From a candidate division CPR3 bacterium GWF2_35_18 (GTDB taxonomy: Bacteria > Patescibacteriota > CPR3 > GWF2-35-18), in the NCBI GenBank assembly GCA_001771135.1, contig MESW01000005.1, positions 17,467 through 81,466 of the forward strand: 64,000 nt of DNA, given 5' to 3'. A program made the position numbers and the translations under genes. Shown here piece after piece: positions 8,980-19,758 of the stretch (positions within the stretch are counted from its first letter, which is position 1; each line of letters opens with the position of its first letter). The notes beneath the pieces were generated by a model, which saw only the letters and a list, made by a program, of their open reading frames with translations, did not search any database and had not been told where the DNA came from.

Positions 8980-9308
8980 ATAAATTAGAGGTTAATACAG
9001 AATAATCATGTGTATTCTGATCTTCTGGATTAACAAAGTCATATCCAGGTTCTTATTTACAGAATATTATAACTCATAACTATCAGTTATAATATAACTA
9101 AATCTAGAGAATATTCTTTTACTTACAAAATTAGACCTTCCAGCCTAAACACTATTAGAATAAAAAAAACTCTATCAACAGTTTTCCGAGTCATAAAACT
9201 ACTTAAAATATGTCCCTAATTATTTGATCAACTAACACCTACTATCACCAGAAATCCTTGATTGGTAAAATTTGGAAACTCTTACATACTAGATTCTGAA
9301 ACGGCTTA

Positions 9309-12300
9309 TTAACCTTCTAAACTAAGATCTTGATTGTTATCAAAACTTTCCTGATTCTGATCTGTTATGGGAGCAGGAGTCTCCTCAGGTTCAATTTCAA
9401 CCGAAGGTGGTGTTTTTTCAGGATACAATCTACTCTGCATAAACTCTCTTAATTGTGCAAAATATTTAGCTGCTTGAGAAGGATCATACCAAACATTTGT
9501 ATTATCAAATTCAGGAAATATTAAACTACCAGAGTCAGGATGGCGCATCACTTCTAAAGCTGGTTCAGTAGCCTCTGGAGAGATCTGAAATCTCTGGAAT
9601 TGAGGAACCAAGGAACTATTTACATTACCTTCGGCTGCTAAACGAATTAAATTCCCTAAATTTTTCGGGTCTTTCATAGACATTAACGCTATCTGCATAA
9701 AATCTGAAAACATCTTTGACTTTTGACCTTCTTGATCAGTATCAGGATCATTAAATTCGAGATTCCAAGTCATTCTTAATGACCCATCTTCTTCCAAAGA
9801 TTCGAAATCTTGAGTCATACGAATCAAATTCAGAATTGCTTGAGGGGCTTTTAAAGGATCCTGTAAATCTCTTGTTAACTGATCAGCTATTGCTTCAAGA
9901 AGTTGAGTCATCGTTCCGGAAGCTCTTTGTTCTCGGTCAAAATAACCTTGAGCTGATGACATTCTTGATCTTACAAAAGCCAATAATTCTGTTCCGGAAA
10001 AATTATAAGTTTCGCCGTCTTTAAACTCAGTGTATTTTCCATTCAAGTAACCCGCAAGAAATTCATCGGGAATAAATCCTTCACCTTCTTCAATTCTAAT
10101 ATCGATACCTTGAGGGAAAAGCGTATCTATTATTTGAGAAAATCCATTCATATCTGTTTCTAAAACGCCATCAAATGGTAAACCAAAGGCATCTTCAAAA
10201 ACATCTCTGGCAATTTCTCGATCAATCTGTTGGTATCCTTCTCCACGAGCAAGTGCTTCTTGATCGATCCAGGTTATACCATTTGCTGATACTCCATTTA
10301 ATTCAGGCAGTTTTAGATGTCTTGGAATAGTGAGAATTGTGATGGAATTATTTTTAATATCGTAACACAAACCATGGAACTGATCTGCATGTCCAAATTC
10401 TGTATCTCTACCTTCTGCTCCTGAATCCTTACCAAGTAAACCGAAACATATAATATTATTGTTTAATCTTTCTGCCCCACCAATCTTTGCAAGATATTCG
10501 GTCTGTTCTTCAGGAGTCATTCCTTCAACTCTGTCTAACCTTGCACTAAGAAATTCATTCCAGACACTACCTCCAAAAATAAACTCCGGAAGAGTTAAGG
10601 TTTCTTCATGCTCTGGAGTAGCTACTGTTTCTGCATCAGAAACAAGTTGCTGTTCTGCATCTCTATCATCATTTAAAATATTGTCCTGATCTGAAGTTTC
10701 TGTTGTCTTTGAAGTATCTGTTGGGATAGCATCATCGGAAGCAGTATCCGTTCCGAAAATTTCTGTTTCTGATAAAGATGCCTCCTGTGTCAACTGCGTT
10801 AACCTATCCAAATTCCCTTCTGTGGTAGCTGTTGGAGAACCAGTATTCAACTGAAATCCTGTCTCATCATTAGAAGAAGATAGAAGCGTTTTAAAAAAGG
10901 TAACAACATCTTCACTATGATGCCATAAATCCATACCAAATTCTTTAACATTTTCAAATAAATTAGATTCATCGGGATTATTTATTTGATGAAAATCTGA
11001 TCCTTCCAAGGACTGTTGTAGATGTCCTTCACCAACATATGGTAGATCACCCAAATCCTGTTCCGGAGATAATGTAGAAGCTATACCTGCAGCAGCTCCT
11101 CCCAAAATAGATACTAAACGTAACCCGTTAATAATTTTTAATCTCAAAGCATTTCTGCGTTCATATTCTTCACTGTTATAACTTGCTAATTCCGCATTAT
11201 ATCTACCCTCAAGAGAATCTGAAGTCTCTTGAAGATATTTATCTAACTTCTGCTGCACTTTTCCCGGTTGACGTAAATTTTCGGCACGGCTATGCCAACC
11301 CACACGATCCCATACTTGAGCCCACCTTTCATTACCTCGTCTTTCCCTTTCTGCATGTGCGGAGAATTTTTGCCCCTGCTTTTTATCTAAAGCTTTCTGT
11401 TCAAACATTTTATGGCGACGCGATTCGTACTGTTTTCTTAGCTCCGGAGTTAACCATTTTTGACCTAGGATGTAATCAACCCTATCTAATTCTTCTCCCT
11501 CAAAATGACCATATTGTAAATCGTGTAATTCTTCAAGAGCAGCAGCTAAAGAAGATTCATCATGGACTAATTCCCGCAGTTCATTAATTTTTTCATGAGT
11601 TTCTTCAGATTGATGAAAAATATCTTCATCACCTCGTAAATTTGTAGAAATCCTTTGAATATACTGTGTAATAATTTCTTGTTCTCTTTTTATCAAATAA
11701 ACTCTTATCTGATTTTCTCTCTCTGATAATTGATCTGGACTTGCATTAACAATCTGCCTCTCCCTATCAGAATATCGAGGTAAAATGCCTCTTTCCACAA
11801 ATTGATTATGAAAATATTGCTGTCTATCTCTATCTAAATCTGCCCAGATAATATCTGCAACTTCATGCTTCCAATGAAGCTCTTCTTCTTCCGCAATCAA
11901 TAAATATCCCGGATTTTCTGATTCTAATCTTTCCTGTAAAGCAGCTATCTTTATCGTTGATTGCAACTCGGAATTTAGTTGATCAACAGAAACATCAGAC
12001 AAAGTAGGTTGCAGAGATAAAGCAGAAAGAACAATCCGTGACATCAAATGATCCGTTTGTCCATCAGGAATAGTGCCTATAATTTCTTCTAAATAATCTG
12101 AAACGCGATCACCAATGGCATGGAAAATACCATCTTGCTCCATAGAATCTGGAGTGAATTTTATAACTTCATCCTGAATTTTTTTAACAATAGGGAACAG
12201 CTGTTTTTCAAAAAATGCTTGCGGTAAATTTGCAAATCTCTCTTGACTCCTCAAAGTTAAAATGACAGCTTGCCAAGGACTATTACTGACTTTTACCGAC

Positions 12301-13154
12301 TCTTCCACGGAAATAGTCCCCATTTCTTTGCGTCGTGATTCTAATGACCTTAAGGCCAAGGCTTGAAATTTATTTTCTGCTGTCCTTTTACGGGAATCAA
12401 CGTCACGAACATCTCCAAGATTCTCAATTAATTTGTCTAATGCATCTGGATCAAGATGACCTTCCCGATCAACTCCAACCTCACTTAATATTCTGTATTG
12501 TAGATATGAACGACCCTCTGAGGACAAACTTGTACGGTGCGTACTGGGATCTGTATCCACCATCCAATCAAAAATATCTGCACTAACTGTATCACACTGC
12601 GAATTACGTGCTTCTTTTACCTGTTTACGTAAAATTCTGGCAATTGTCGCATTATATTGTTGCTCATTATTGCGAAGGTTCTGTTTAATACCTTGATAAT
12701 CTTCTTCAAGTCTGTGAACATATTCTTCTAATCGATCTAAGTTAACGGTATTCCCATCTCCAACAATCGTACCCAAACGTGCTTGCAATTCCATCCAACC
12801 ATCGTGTGTAAGCTGACGATATGCTTGTTTATACTCTTTAGTGGGATCAACATAAAATAATTGTCCGTATTCTATTTTCCATTTTATTTCTTGATTTAGA
12901 GCTTCTTGAATTGCAGGTAGAACTTTTTCTCTTTTCAAGATAGAAGGAGCAACATCTGCTTGTCCATGATATGTTTGACTCCAAGACTCTCTTACAATAG
13001 GTTCACGATCTGCAATATCTACTAAAACTTCATCCGGACTATCTGCATTTTGCCGATGCGCTTCAATTCTATCAATAATTGCTTCCCTAGGAGAAACTAT
13101 TTCGCTTCCATGTTCTCCACCCTTTTTCCTAAAAATACCGTTAAAAAATCCCAT
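9309..13154 (-). CDS. 1281-aa membrane protein: long helical N-terminus, one TM, acidic linker, C-terminal LytR-CpsA-Psr (LCP) domain
   Basis: LLGKDS...HADQ...ILTIPRHL...DMNGFSQIIDTL...ELLAFVRSR...REQR; hydrophobic segment near aa 675-695. Confidence 0.75.
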   Translation of the reverse strand: MGFFNGIFRKKGGEHGSEIVSPREAIIDRIEAHRQNADSPDEVLVDIADREPIVRESWSQTYHGQADVAPSILKREKVLPAIQEALNQEIKWKIEYGQLFYVDPTKEYKQAYRQLTHDGWMELQARLGTIVGDGNTVNLDRLEEYVHRLEEDYQGIKQNLRNNEQQYNATIARILRKQVKEARNSQCDTVSADIFDWMVDTDPSTHRTSLSSEGRSYLQYRILSEVGVDREGHLDPDALDKLIENLGDVRDVDSRKRTAENKFQALALRSLESRRKEMGTISVEESVKVSNSPWQAVILTLRSQERFANLPQAFFEKQLFPIVKKIQDEVIKFTPDSMEQDGIFHAIGDRVSDYLEEIIGTIPDGQTDHLMSRIVLSALSLQPTLSDVSVDQLNSELQSTIKIAALQERLESENPGYLLIAEEEELHWKHEVADIIWADLDRDRQQYFHNQFVERGILPRYSDRERQIVNASPDQLSERENQIRVYLIKREQEIITQYIQRISTNLRGDEDIFHQSEETHEKINELRELVHDESSLAAALEELHDLQYGHFEGEELDRVDYILGQKWLTPELRKQYESRRHKMFEQKALDKKQGQKFSAHAERERRGNERWAQVWDRVGWHSRAENLRQPGKVQQKLDKYLQETSDSLEGRYNAELASYNSEEYERRNALRLKIINGLRLVSILGGAAAGIASTLSPEQDLGDLPYVGEGHLQQSLEGSDFHQINNPDESNLFENVKEFGMDLWHHSEDVVTFFKTLLSSSNDETGFQLNTGSPTATTEGNLDRLTQLTQEASLSETEIFGTDTASDDAIPTDTSKTTETSDQDNILNDDRDAEQQLVSDAETVATPEHEETLTLPEFIFGGSVWNEFLSARLDRVEGMTPEEQTEYLAKIGGAERLNNNIICFGLLGKDSGAEGRDTEFGHADQFHGLCYDIKNNSITILTIPRHLKLPELNGVSANGITWIDQEALARGEGYQQIDREIARDVFEDAFGLPFDGVLETDMNGFSQIIDTLFPQGIDIRIEEGEGFIPDEFLAGYLNGKYTEFKDGETYNFSGTELLAFVRSRMSSAQGYFDREQRASGTMTQLLEAIADQLTRDLQDPLKAPQAILNLIRMTQDFESLEEDGSLRMTWNLEFNDPDTDQEGQKSKMFSDFMQIALMSMKDPKNLGNLIRLAAEGNVNSSLVPQFQRFQISPEATEPALEVMRHPDSGSLIFPEFDNTNVWYDPSQAAKYFAQLREFMQSRLYPEKTPPSVEIEPEETPAPITDQNQESFDNNQDLSLEG

Positions 13155-13158
13155 ATAT

Positions 13159-13473
13159 TTAACTTTCCTTTAATTTTCCTGTATTAATTAAAAACTGAAC
13201 TTTCTGTCGCACTTTTTGATTAGAACCATCTTGATCATCCCAATTAATTAATACAACTAAATCCGTTAACTCTTGAAAATATTGATCATAATCATTAACT
13301 ACACGCTTAATCTCTTCTATCGTCATATGTGGATGTAGCGTATCTAAAACTAAATTTGCAATATTTTGAGCTGTTTCTGCTTTCATATCACGATTAACTA
13401 GTTTTTCTTCTATAATGTTTAGAATCTCTTCTTCAATTTGTAATCGATAATCCTCGGGGTTAATTTGATTCAT
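13159..13473 (-). CDS. Hypothetical helical protein
   Basis: ORF overlapping upstream gene; GAGG RBS. Confidence 0.7.
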   Translation of the reverse strand: MNQINPEDYRLQIEEEILNIIEEKLVNRDMKAETAQNIANLVLDTLHPHMTIEEIKRVVNDYDQYFQELTDLVVLINWDDQDGSNQKVRQKVQFLINTGKLKES

Positions 13474-13849
13474 TTCCTCTTCTCAATTTCTGGGGTTTAT
13501 TATTTCTATTTTTCAATTTATCAAAATACAAATTTGAAATGAAGTAATCTAATCTTTTATATAATCGATATTCGTAATCAGGAATATTCATCAAACTTTT
13601 TATAATTAGGGGGTAGGCCTGTGAAAAACGATCAAGAGAACTAGCCTCTTTTTCTTCTATTTCAATAATTCTCTGACTTAATGATAAAAATTCTTTATCA
13701 TTAATATGGTCTTCTACAAAACGGATAATTTCGTCATGAACTAAACCGTAGATCTCGATATACTTCTTATGATCTTGAATTTGATTTGCAGGGTTTAAAA
13801 ATAAACCAAATTTATCTTTAATCTTTCTATCGATATAAATAGATATCAT
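13460..13849 (-). CDS. Hypothetical protein
   Basis: ORF in operon-like context. Confidence 0.6.
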   Translation of the reverse strand: MISIYIDRKIKDKFGLFLNPANQIQDHKKYIEIYGLVHDEIIRFVEDHINDKEFLSLSQRIIEIEEKEASSLDRFSQAYPLIIKSLMNIPDYEYRLYKRLDYFISNLYFDKLKNRNNKPQKLRRGNESN

Positions 13850-13881
13850 AATATTTAGTAATATAATTTATTGGTCAAATA

Positions 13882-14841
13882 CTATTTTGACATAAAATAA
13901 TCTATATATGCAATCATTTCTACAAATAAAAAAGAATTATCTAAAACAAACCATCTGATTCTTTTATCTTTATTAAACCAGGTCAGTTGACGCCGAATAT
14001 AGGCATGAGTACTAAATTTCAATCTCTCAACACAGGAAGATAACAAAGCTTTTTCCTCAAAAAAAGGTTTTAACTCAATATAACCAATTGTATTTAAAGC
14101 CGATAGGTCCCAACTATAACCTTGATGAAGTAAATTGGAAATTTCTAAGATTAATCCTTGTTCAAACATTTTATCAACTCTTTTATCTACCCTATTATAT
14201 AAGGCTTTACGCTCCCAATTAATTCCGATGAAAAGAGGCTCAAAATTCCGAATGTTTTTAGGTTTTAAAGGAATCTCATTCTTTTGCGCTTTGGCAATTT
14301 CGATAGCACGAATAATTCGTCGCGGGTTTTGAGCGTCAATACTTTGGGCTTTTTTGACATCTATTTTTTCCAGTTCTTGCCAAAGAGCTCCCACTCCTTT
14401 CTCCTGAAATAGTTTTTCTAATTTATTTCGTAAAATAGAATCAGGGGGAATATTTGCGGTTTCTATTCCGTCAATAATGGATTTTATATAAAAACCTGTT
14501 CCTCCCACAAGAAAGGGAATTTTACCTTGAGCTAATATTTTGGGGAGATATTCTTTGAAAACTTTATCTTCAAAAATAGATACCGAAAATTCTTCATTAG
14601 GCTTTACAATATCGTAACCATAAACATCAATTCCATTGACTATGTAACGATCTTTTTTCTTTTTTATTTCAAAACCATCCTGTGGAAGCTCTTTGCCTGT
14701 TCCGATATCCATCTGACTATATACCTGTCTAGAATCAGCGGAGATCATCGCTCCGTTGTATTTCCGACAAAGATCCATCGCAATTCCACTCTTACCACTT
14801 CCAGTCGGACCACAGATGATGATGATTTTTTGATTTTGCAT
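13882..14841 (-). CDS. miaA: tRNA dimethylallyltransferase
   Basis: GPTGSGKS, ISADSRQVY, MDIGTGK, VGGTGFY, RRQLTWF. Confidence 0.97.
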   Translation of the reverse strand: MQNQKIIIICGPTGSGKSGIAMDLCRKYNGAMISADSRQVYSQMDIGTGKELPQDGFEIKKKKDRYIVNGIDVYGYDIVKPNEEFSVSIFEDKVFKEYLPKILAQGKIPFLVGGTGFYIKSIIDGIETANIPPDSILRNKLEKLFQEKGVGALWQELEKIDVKKAQSIDAQNPRRIIRAIEIAKAQKNEIPLKPKNIRNFEPLFIGINWERKALYNRVDKRVDKMFEQGLILEISNLLHQGYSWDLSALNTIGYIELKPFFEEKALLSSCVERLKFSTHAYIRRQLTWFNKDKRIRWFVLDNSFLFVEMIAYIDYFMSK

Positions 14842-14885
14842 ATTATTAATCTTTCATTATTTTATTTGTCTTATGAAAGGTAGTA

Positions 14886-16031
14886 TTAACTTTTTGAATC
14901 TTCTATTACTTTTAATAATCTTTGATGTCTCTTTTTCTTTTCACTCTTGAGAATATTATCTTTTAGCTTTGCTGCCGCAGTTCCTTCCCGAGCAGAATAG
15001 ATTGAAACAAAAGCAACATTGAATTTCACTTCTTCACATAGCTTCACGGTGTTCTCAAAAGCTTCTTTAGTTTCTCCGGGAAAACCGACGATAATGTCGG
15101 TTCCAATGTGAATTTCCGGAACTCTCTCTCTAATTTTTTTGATCAATGAGATAAATTCAACAGCAGTGTGTCGACGATTCATTTTTTTAAGAATCTCATC
15201 ATCTCCGGATTGCACCGCAATATGAACGTAACGATCCATCTTTTCTAAAGCTAAAACGTCAACCAAATCATTGGTAAAATCAAAAGGATTACTGGATAAA
15301 AAACTGATCTTAGTGATTTCGGAAATATTGTGAACTTCACGCAGCAAAGAAGTAAATGGTAACTTTTTATTAGAACCACTTCGAATCTTGAATTTTTCTT
15401 CTTTATTCAAATTCCAGGAGTTTACATTCTGTCCAAGGAAAGTAACTTCGGTAATTCCACTGGTAACTAACTCGTCAATTTCCTTTAATATATCTCCTTT
15501 TGAACGACTCACTTCTGCTCCTCGAGCATATGGAACTACACAGTAAGTACAAAAATTATCACAACCTACGGAGATATTTACATAGGCATGTTTCAATCCT
15601 TTTGAGATTAGATGTAATGAACCTTTTGTAATATCTGGTTTTATTTCGTGAATTAATCCTAGAGAGTAGAGAATCTCCGGAAGTCTTTGAATTTGAGACT
15701 GTGGTAAAATATAATCCACCCAAGACAACCTATTTTCTAGAGTTTTGTAAGAAAACCTCTTTCGAGATCCTAGCGTAGAACCGACCATACAACCTGTAAC
15801 AATTACTTTAATATTATTACCCTTTTCTCGAAGCAAATTCACCTCTCTCCCCAGTCCATATATTTTATCCTCTGAAGCTTGCCTTACACTGCAAGAATTT
15901 AAAACAAGTAGGTCTGATTTCCGCCACGAAGAAGCTTTTTTCAATCTTGAGTTTACAAGAATTGTTTCTATTTCCTCGGAATCTCTTTCGTTTTGCTGAC
16001 AACCGTAAGTACGGATAAAATACGTTTTCAT
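14886..16031 (-). CDS. miaB: tRNA methylthiotransferase MiaB, no TRAM domain; likely start MKTYF at 16031
   Basis: TYGCQQN, NSCSVR, TGCM, GCDNFCTYC, DIIVGFPGET; next to miaA. Confidence 0.9.
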   Translation of the reverse strand: MKTYFIRTYGCQQNERDSEEIETILVNSRLKKASSWRKSDLLVLNSCSVRQASEDKIYGLGREVNLLREKGNNIKVIVTGCMVGSTLGSRKRFSYKTLENRLSWVDYILPQSQIQRLPEILYSLGLIHEIKPDITKGSLHLISKGLKHAYVNISVGCDNFCTYCVVPYARGAEVSRSKGDILKEIDELVTSGITEVTFLGQNVNSWNLNKEEKFKIRSGSNKKLPFTSLLREVHNISEITKISFLSSNPFDFTNDLVDVLALEKMDRYVHIAVQSGDDEILKKMNRRHTAVEFISLIKKIRERVPEIHIGTDIIVGFPGETKEAFENTVKLCEEVKFNVAFVSIYSAREGTAAAKLKDNILKSEKKKRHQRLLKVIEDSKS

Positions 16032-16089
16032 AAACTGATTATATCCATATAACTCCAATTTGCAATTTATTAGGTTTTTATATGGTTTA

Positions 16090-16132
16090 ATACTCAACTA
16101 CATTTATTACAATCTCGAGTTTGCTGAATATA
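16090..16132. repeat. 43-bp palindromic repeat, degenerate copy
   Basis: ATACTCAACTACATTT...GCTGAATATA; 34/43 identical to the reverse complement of 47052-47094 by manual alignment. Confidence 0.7.
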
Positions 16133-16157
16133 TATCATCATACTTGAATTGGAATAT

Positions 16158-16556
16158 TTATTGAGAGGTAATAATCTGAACAAATTCTATTATTCTTGGA
16201 ATAAAGATTACGACTCCTACGATAATAGAACCAAGTACGGCTAGTAAAACTCCACCCGCAGTCACATCTTTGGCGAATTTTGCCTCCTCACGCCATTCAC
16301 TGGTAATCAGATCTACAGTAGCTTCCATGGCAGTATTGGCCATCTCTGCCACCATCACCACAAAACAGATGAAAATAATGACCACCCATTCTAATCTGGA
16401 AATCTGAAAAATAAATGAAAACGCCATTACGATTAAAGTAGCTAAAAAGATAATTTTTAAGTTCGGTTGACTTTTGTAGGCGGCTTTTATACCATCAAGA
16501 GCATGTAAAAAGGAAATTGTATGTTTGGAATGAAAAGTTTTAACTTCTTTTTGCAT
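16158..16556 (-). CDS. dgkA: Diacylglycerol/undecaprenol kinase
   Basis: SFLHALDG, EMANTAMEATVD, AKFAKDVTAG; three TMs. Confidence 0.92.
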   Translation of the reverse strand: MQKEVKTFHSKHTISFLHALDGIKAAYKSQPNLKIIFLATLIVMAFSFIFQISRLEWVVIIFICFVVMVAEMANTAMEATVDLITSEWREEAKFAKDVTAGGVLLAVLGSIIVGVVIFIPRIIEFVQIITSQ

Positions 16557-16711
16557 AGATTGAATACATTCTACAATATTTTATAGTAAACTCAAAACAA
16601 AATGTCGTTTCTAATTTCATTTTGATTTTACTTAATATCGATTTTCAATCACTAAATCTTCCATTCTGTTTTGGAATCGCTATATTAGAAGATGCGAGAA
16701 ATTTCTACCAT

Positions 16712-16750
16712 AAAAAAAAGCCCCCCAATTTTCACTAAGGAGGGCTTTTT
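16712..16750 (-). terminator. Intrinsic terminator after hup
   Basis: AAAAGCCCTCC...GGGGGGC followed by a T run. Confidence 0.85.
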
Positions 16751-16776
16751 AGTATCTTTTTGTTAAGAATCTAGAA

Positions 16777-17049
16777 TTACTTAACAGCAGATTTTAATGC
16801 TTTACCAGCGGTAAAAGCAGGAATCTTGGTTGCAGGAATCTTAAGAGGAGCACCAGTCTGAGGATTACGTCCCATTCTTTCACGTCGTGATCTTACGAGG
16901 AAGGTTCCAAATCCAGTGATAGTGACTTTGTCTCCTTTTGAAAGTGCACCAGTGACGGTTTCTAATACAGCTTCGAGAGCGTCCCCAGCGGCTTTTTTGG
17001 TAAGACCGGTTTTGCTGGCAATTTTTTCAACTAAGTCTGTTTTGGTCAT
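16777..17049 (-). CDS. hup: DNA-binding protein HU
   Basis: MTKTDLV, GFGTF, GRNPQTG, PAFTAGKALK. Confidence 0.97.
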   Translation of the reverse strand: MTKTDLVEKIASKTGLTKKAAGDALEAVLETVTGALSKGDKVTITGFGTFLVRSRRERMGRNPQTGAPLKIPATKIPAFTAGKALKSAVK

Positions 17050-17365
17050 TTTGAATTTTCACCTCCTTTTTAAGAAATCTTGCAGATATAATGAAAGTAG
17101 TGTGTAAGTTGTTCTAATAAATAATATCACTCTAGTCGAAATAATTAAAGACAAACTATTTAGAAAAAATTTAAGTATGTCTTTACGTTAATCAAATTTA
17201 ATATCAGAATGTTTACGATGTGATTGATTAACTATAGCACTTTCATTTTTAATTGATTTATCAGTATTTGTCAATATTTATTAGCTATATATCAAAATTA
17301 CGAAAATTTGAAGTTTAAGATATTGCTAATTTAAATACGACTTAGCTGTATTTTTCAAGCCAAAA

Positions 17366-18172
17366 TTAACTAAGAACATCCACGTTAACCAACCTAATTT
17401 TTTTAGTAATCCCCTTCGAATCAATTTCAGCAAAAACCCCATTTAAAGCCGTTTTACCCTCTTCTTCAAGAGTATATCGATGTGGGGTTTTTAGTTTATA
17501 ATGCTCCAAAATTGAATTAATATTTTCACCTAGTATTGAATCTTTAGTTCCCACCATACCAAGATCGGTAATATAACCGGTACCTCTTTTAAGAATCATC
17601 GCGTCATTAGTTTGAATATGAGTATGTGTTCCCACAATCAAGGAAACTTTACCATCAAGATAATATGAAAGAGCTTTTTTCTCACTGGTTGCCTCGGCGT
17701 GAAAATCTATAATAATCGCTGCAAATTTCACATCTTTAAACTGTTCTAAAATCTCATCGATTTTTTTAAATGGAGAATCTAAGGTATCACGTAAAAACAC
17801 CTGTCCCATTAAGTTAATTAACAATACCTGTCCTAATTTTCCAAGATCAATCACATCAAAGCCCCTTCCGGGAGATACTTCAGGATAATTTGCCGGTCGT
17901 AAAACTGGAAGATTTTTATCATCAAGATCTTTGAGAAATTCCTTGAAACGATAGACATGATCACCATTGGTAAAGTAATCCACTCCGTAATGCATCAGTT
18001 CTTCGACCTTGTCTCTGGTAGTTCCAATTCCATGAGTAACGTTATCAACGTTAACGATAACTAAATCTAATTTATACTTTTTCTTAAATTCCGGTAAAGC
18101 TTTTTTGATCGCATTTCGACCAGGTGATCCCACCACATCGCCTAAAAAAAGAACATTCATTTTCACCCTCAT
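17366..18172 (-). CDS. ymdB: YmdB-like metallophosphoesterase
   Basis: FLGDVVGSPGR, RPANYP, DFHAEATSEK, GTHTH, TDLGMVG; follows rny. Confidence 0.93.
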   Translation of the reverse strand: MRVKMNVLFLGDVVGSPGRNAIKKALPEFKKKYKLDLVIVNVDNVTHGIGTTRDKVEELMHYGVDYFTNGDHVYRFKEFLKDLDDKNLPVLRPANYPEVSPGRGFDVIDLGKLGQVLLINLMGQVFLRDTLDSPFKKIDEILEQFKDVKFAAIIIDFHAEATSEKKALSYYLDGKVSLIVGTHTHIQTNDAMILKRGTGYITDLGMVGTKDSILGENINSILEHYKLKTPHRYTLEEEGKTALNGVFAEIDSKGITKKIRLVNVDVLS

Positions 18173-18210
18173 TTCTAAGTCGAGTATTCCTCGACATTAA
18201 CTATTTTAGA

Positions 18211-19758
18211 CTATTTTGCCACTTCTACCGCTCGAGATTCGCGGATTACCGTTACCTTTACTGTTCCTGGATAAACAATATCGGAATGTATTTTATTCGC
18301 AATATCGTGAGCTACTTTGGTAATTCCAGAATCAGATATTTTGCTGGGAATGGCAATCACCCGAACTTCACGTCCGGCCTGAATAGCATAAGCTTTGTCA
18401 ACACCTTCAAAGGAAGTTGCGATATTTTCCATATCCGAAACTCTCTTTAAATAACTTTCAAAATCTTCATATCTAGCTCCAGGTCTGGCACCGGAAATAG
18501 CATCAGCTACTTGCACCAGAATCGCTTCTACAGTTTTAAAGGTAACATCTTCATGATGAGCTTCTACCGCATGAATTACACTGTCTTGAATCTTGAATCG
18601 CTTTAAAAAGTCTACCCCTATCTGAACGTGAGACCCTTCATTATCCTCTTGTAAGACTTTCCCAATATCATGTAGTAAACAAGCAGTTTTTACAATCTTG
18701 ACATTCGCTCCAAGTTCGGTTGCCAAAACCTTCCCGATATTTACAACTTCCATGGTATGAGCCACCATATTCTGACCATAAGAGGTGCGAAATTTAAATC
18801 TTCCCAAAACATCAATCACCTCTCGAGGCAAACCTCCCACTCCCACATCGTAAACCAGCTTTTCTCCGGCTTCGTGGACTATTTTATCCACCTCTTTTTG
18901 CGCTTTTTCAACAACCTCTTCAATACGTGAAGGTTGAATTCGACCGTCAGTAATGAGCTTCTCCATGGCGCGTCGAGCAACTTCACGACGGAGACTGTTG
19001 AAAGAAGAAAGTTTAATCACTCCAGGTGTTTCATCAATATTCACATCAACACCAGAAGCTTTTTCAAAGGCTTTAATATTCCGACCTTCTCTTCCAATGA
19101 TCCGCCCCTTGATTTCATCATCAGGAATATTCACACTGGAACTTGTGTATTCGGCTACGTAATCAGTTCCACCCGCTTGTATTGCCTGAGCAATAATCTC
19201 CCGCGCTTTCTCTTCTGACTTATTTTTAATTTCCTCTTCGGTTTCTTTGATTCGGCGTGAAGTTTCATCAGAAAGATTTTTTTCTACTGCATCCAAGATA
19301 ATCTTTCGCGCTTCATCTTGAGTCATTACTGCAACTCGTTGTAATTTATCGAGCTGTCTTTTTTTGATCTCTTCTATTTCTTTTTCTTTATCATTTAGCT
19401 TGGTTTCTTGATTTTTGAAAAACCGTTCTCTTTCTTCTAAAGCTCCCAGTTTCTTTCCCAAACTGGTATTTTCCTGTTCAATTTTTCTCTCATAATCAGC
19501 TAAATCTCGACGCACTTTATCGCTCTCTACTTCCGCCTGACGTTTAATTTGATGTGCACGATCTTTAGCATCCACAACGATTTCCTTGGCATGAGTTTGA
19601 GCTTCTTTGATAATCTCTTCACTTTTTGCCGCTGACTCATTAGATGCTCCTAAAGGAACATTTCTCCGAGATTGTTGTCTTAAAAGAACAACTACCGCTG
19701 AAAGGGCTCCACCTGAAAAAAGGATAGTAATTCCCCATAAAAAATACATTGGATCCAT
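18211..19758 (-). CDS. rny: Ribonuclease Y
   Basis: TM, coiled coil, KH (KGRIIGREGRNI), HD (LLHDIGK), DAISGARPGAR. Confidence 0.97.
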   Translation of the reverse strand: MDPMYFLWGITILFSGGALSAVVVLLRQQSRRNVPLGASNESAAKSEEIIKEAQTHAKEIVVDAKDRAHQIKRQAEVESDKVRRDLADYERKIEQENTSLGKKLGALEERERFFKNQETKLNDKEKEIEEIKKRQLDKLQRVAVMTQDEARKIILDAVEKNLSDETSRRIKETEEEIKNKSEEKAREIIAQAIQAGGTDYVAEYTSSSVNIPDDEIKGRIIGREGRNIKAFEKASGVDVNIDETPGVIKLSSFNSLRREVARRAMEKLITDGRIQPSRIEEVVEKAQKEVDKIVHEAGEKLVYDVGVGGLPREVIDVLGRFKFRTSYGQNMVAHTMEVVNIGKVLATELGANVKIVKTACLLHDIGKVLQEDNEGSHVQIGVDFLKRFKIQDSVIHAVEAHHEDVTFKTVEAILVQVADAISGARPGARYEDFESYLKRVSDMENIATSFEGVDKAYAIQAGREVRVIAIPSKISDSGITKVAHDIANKIHSDIVYPGTVKVTVIRESRAVEVAK

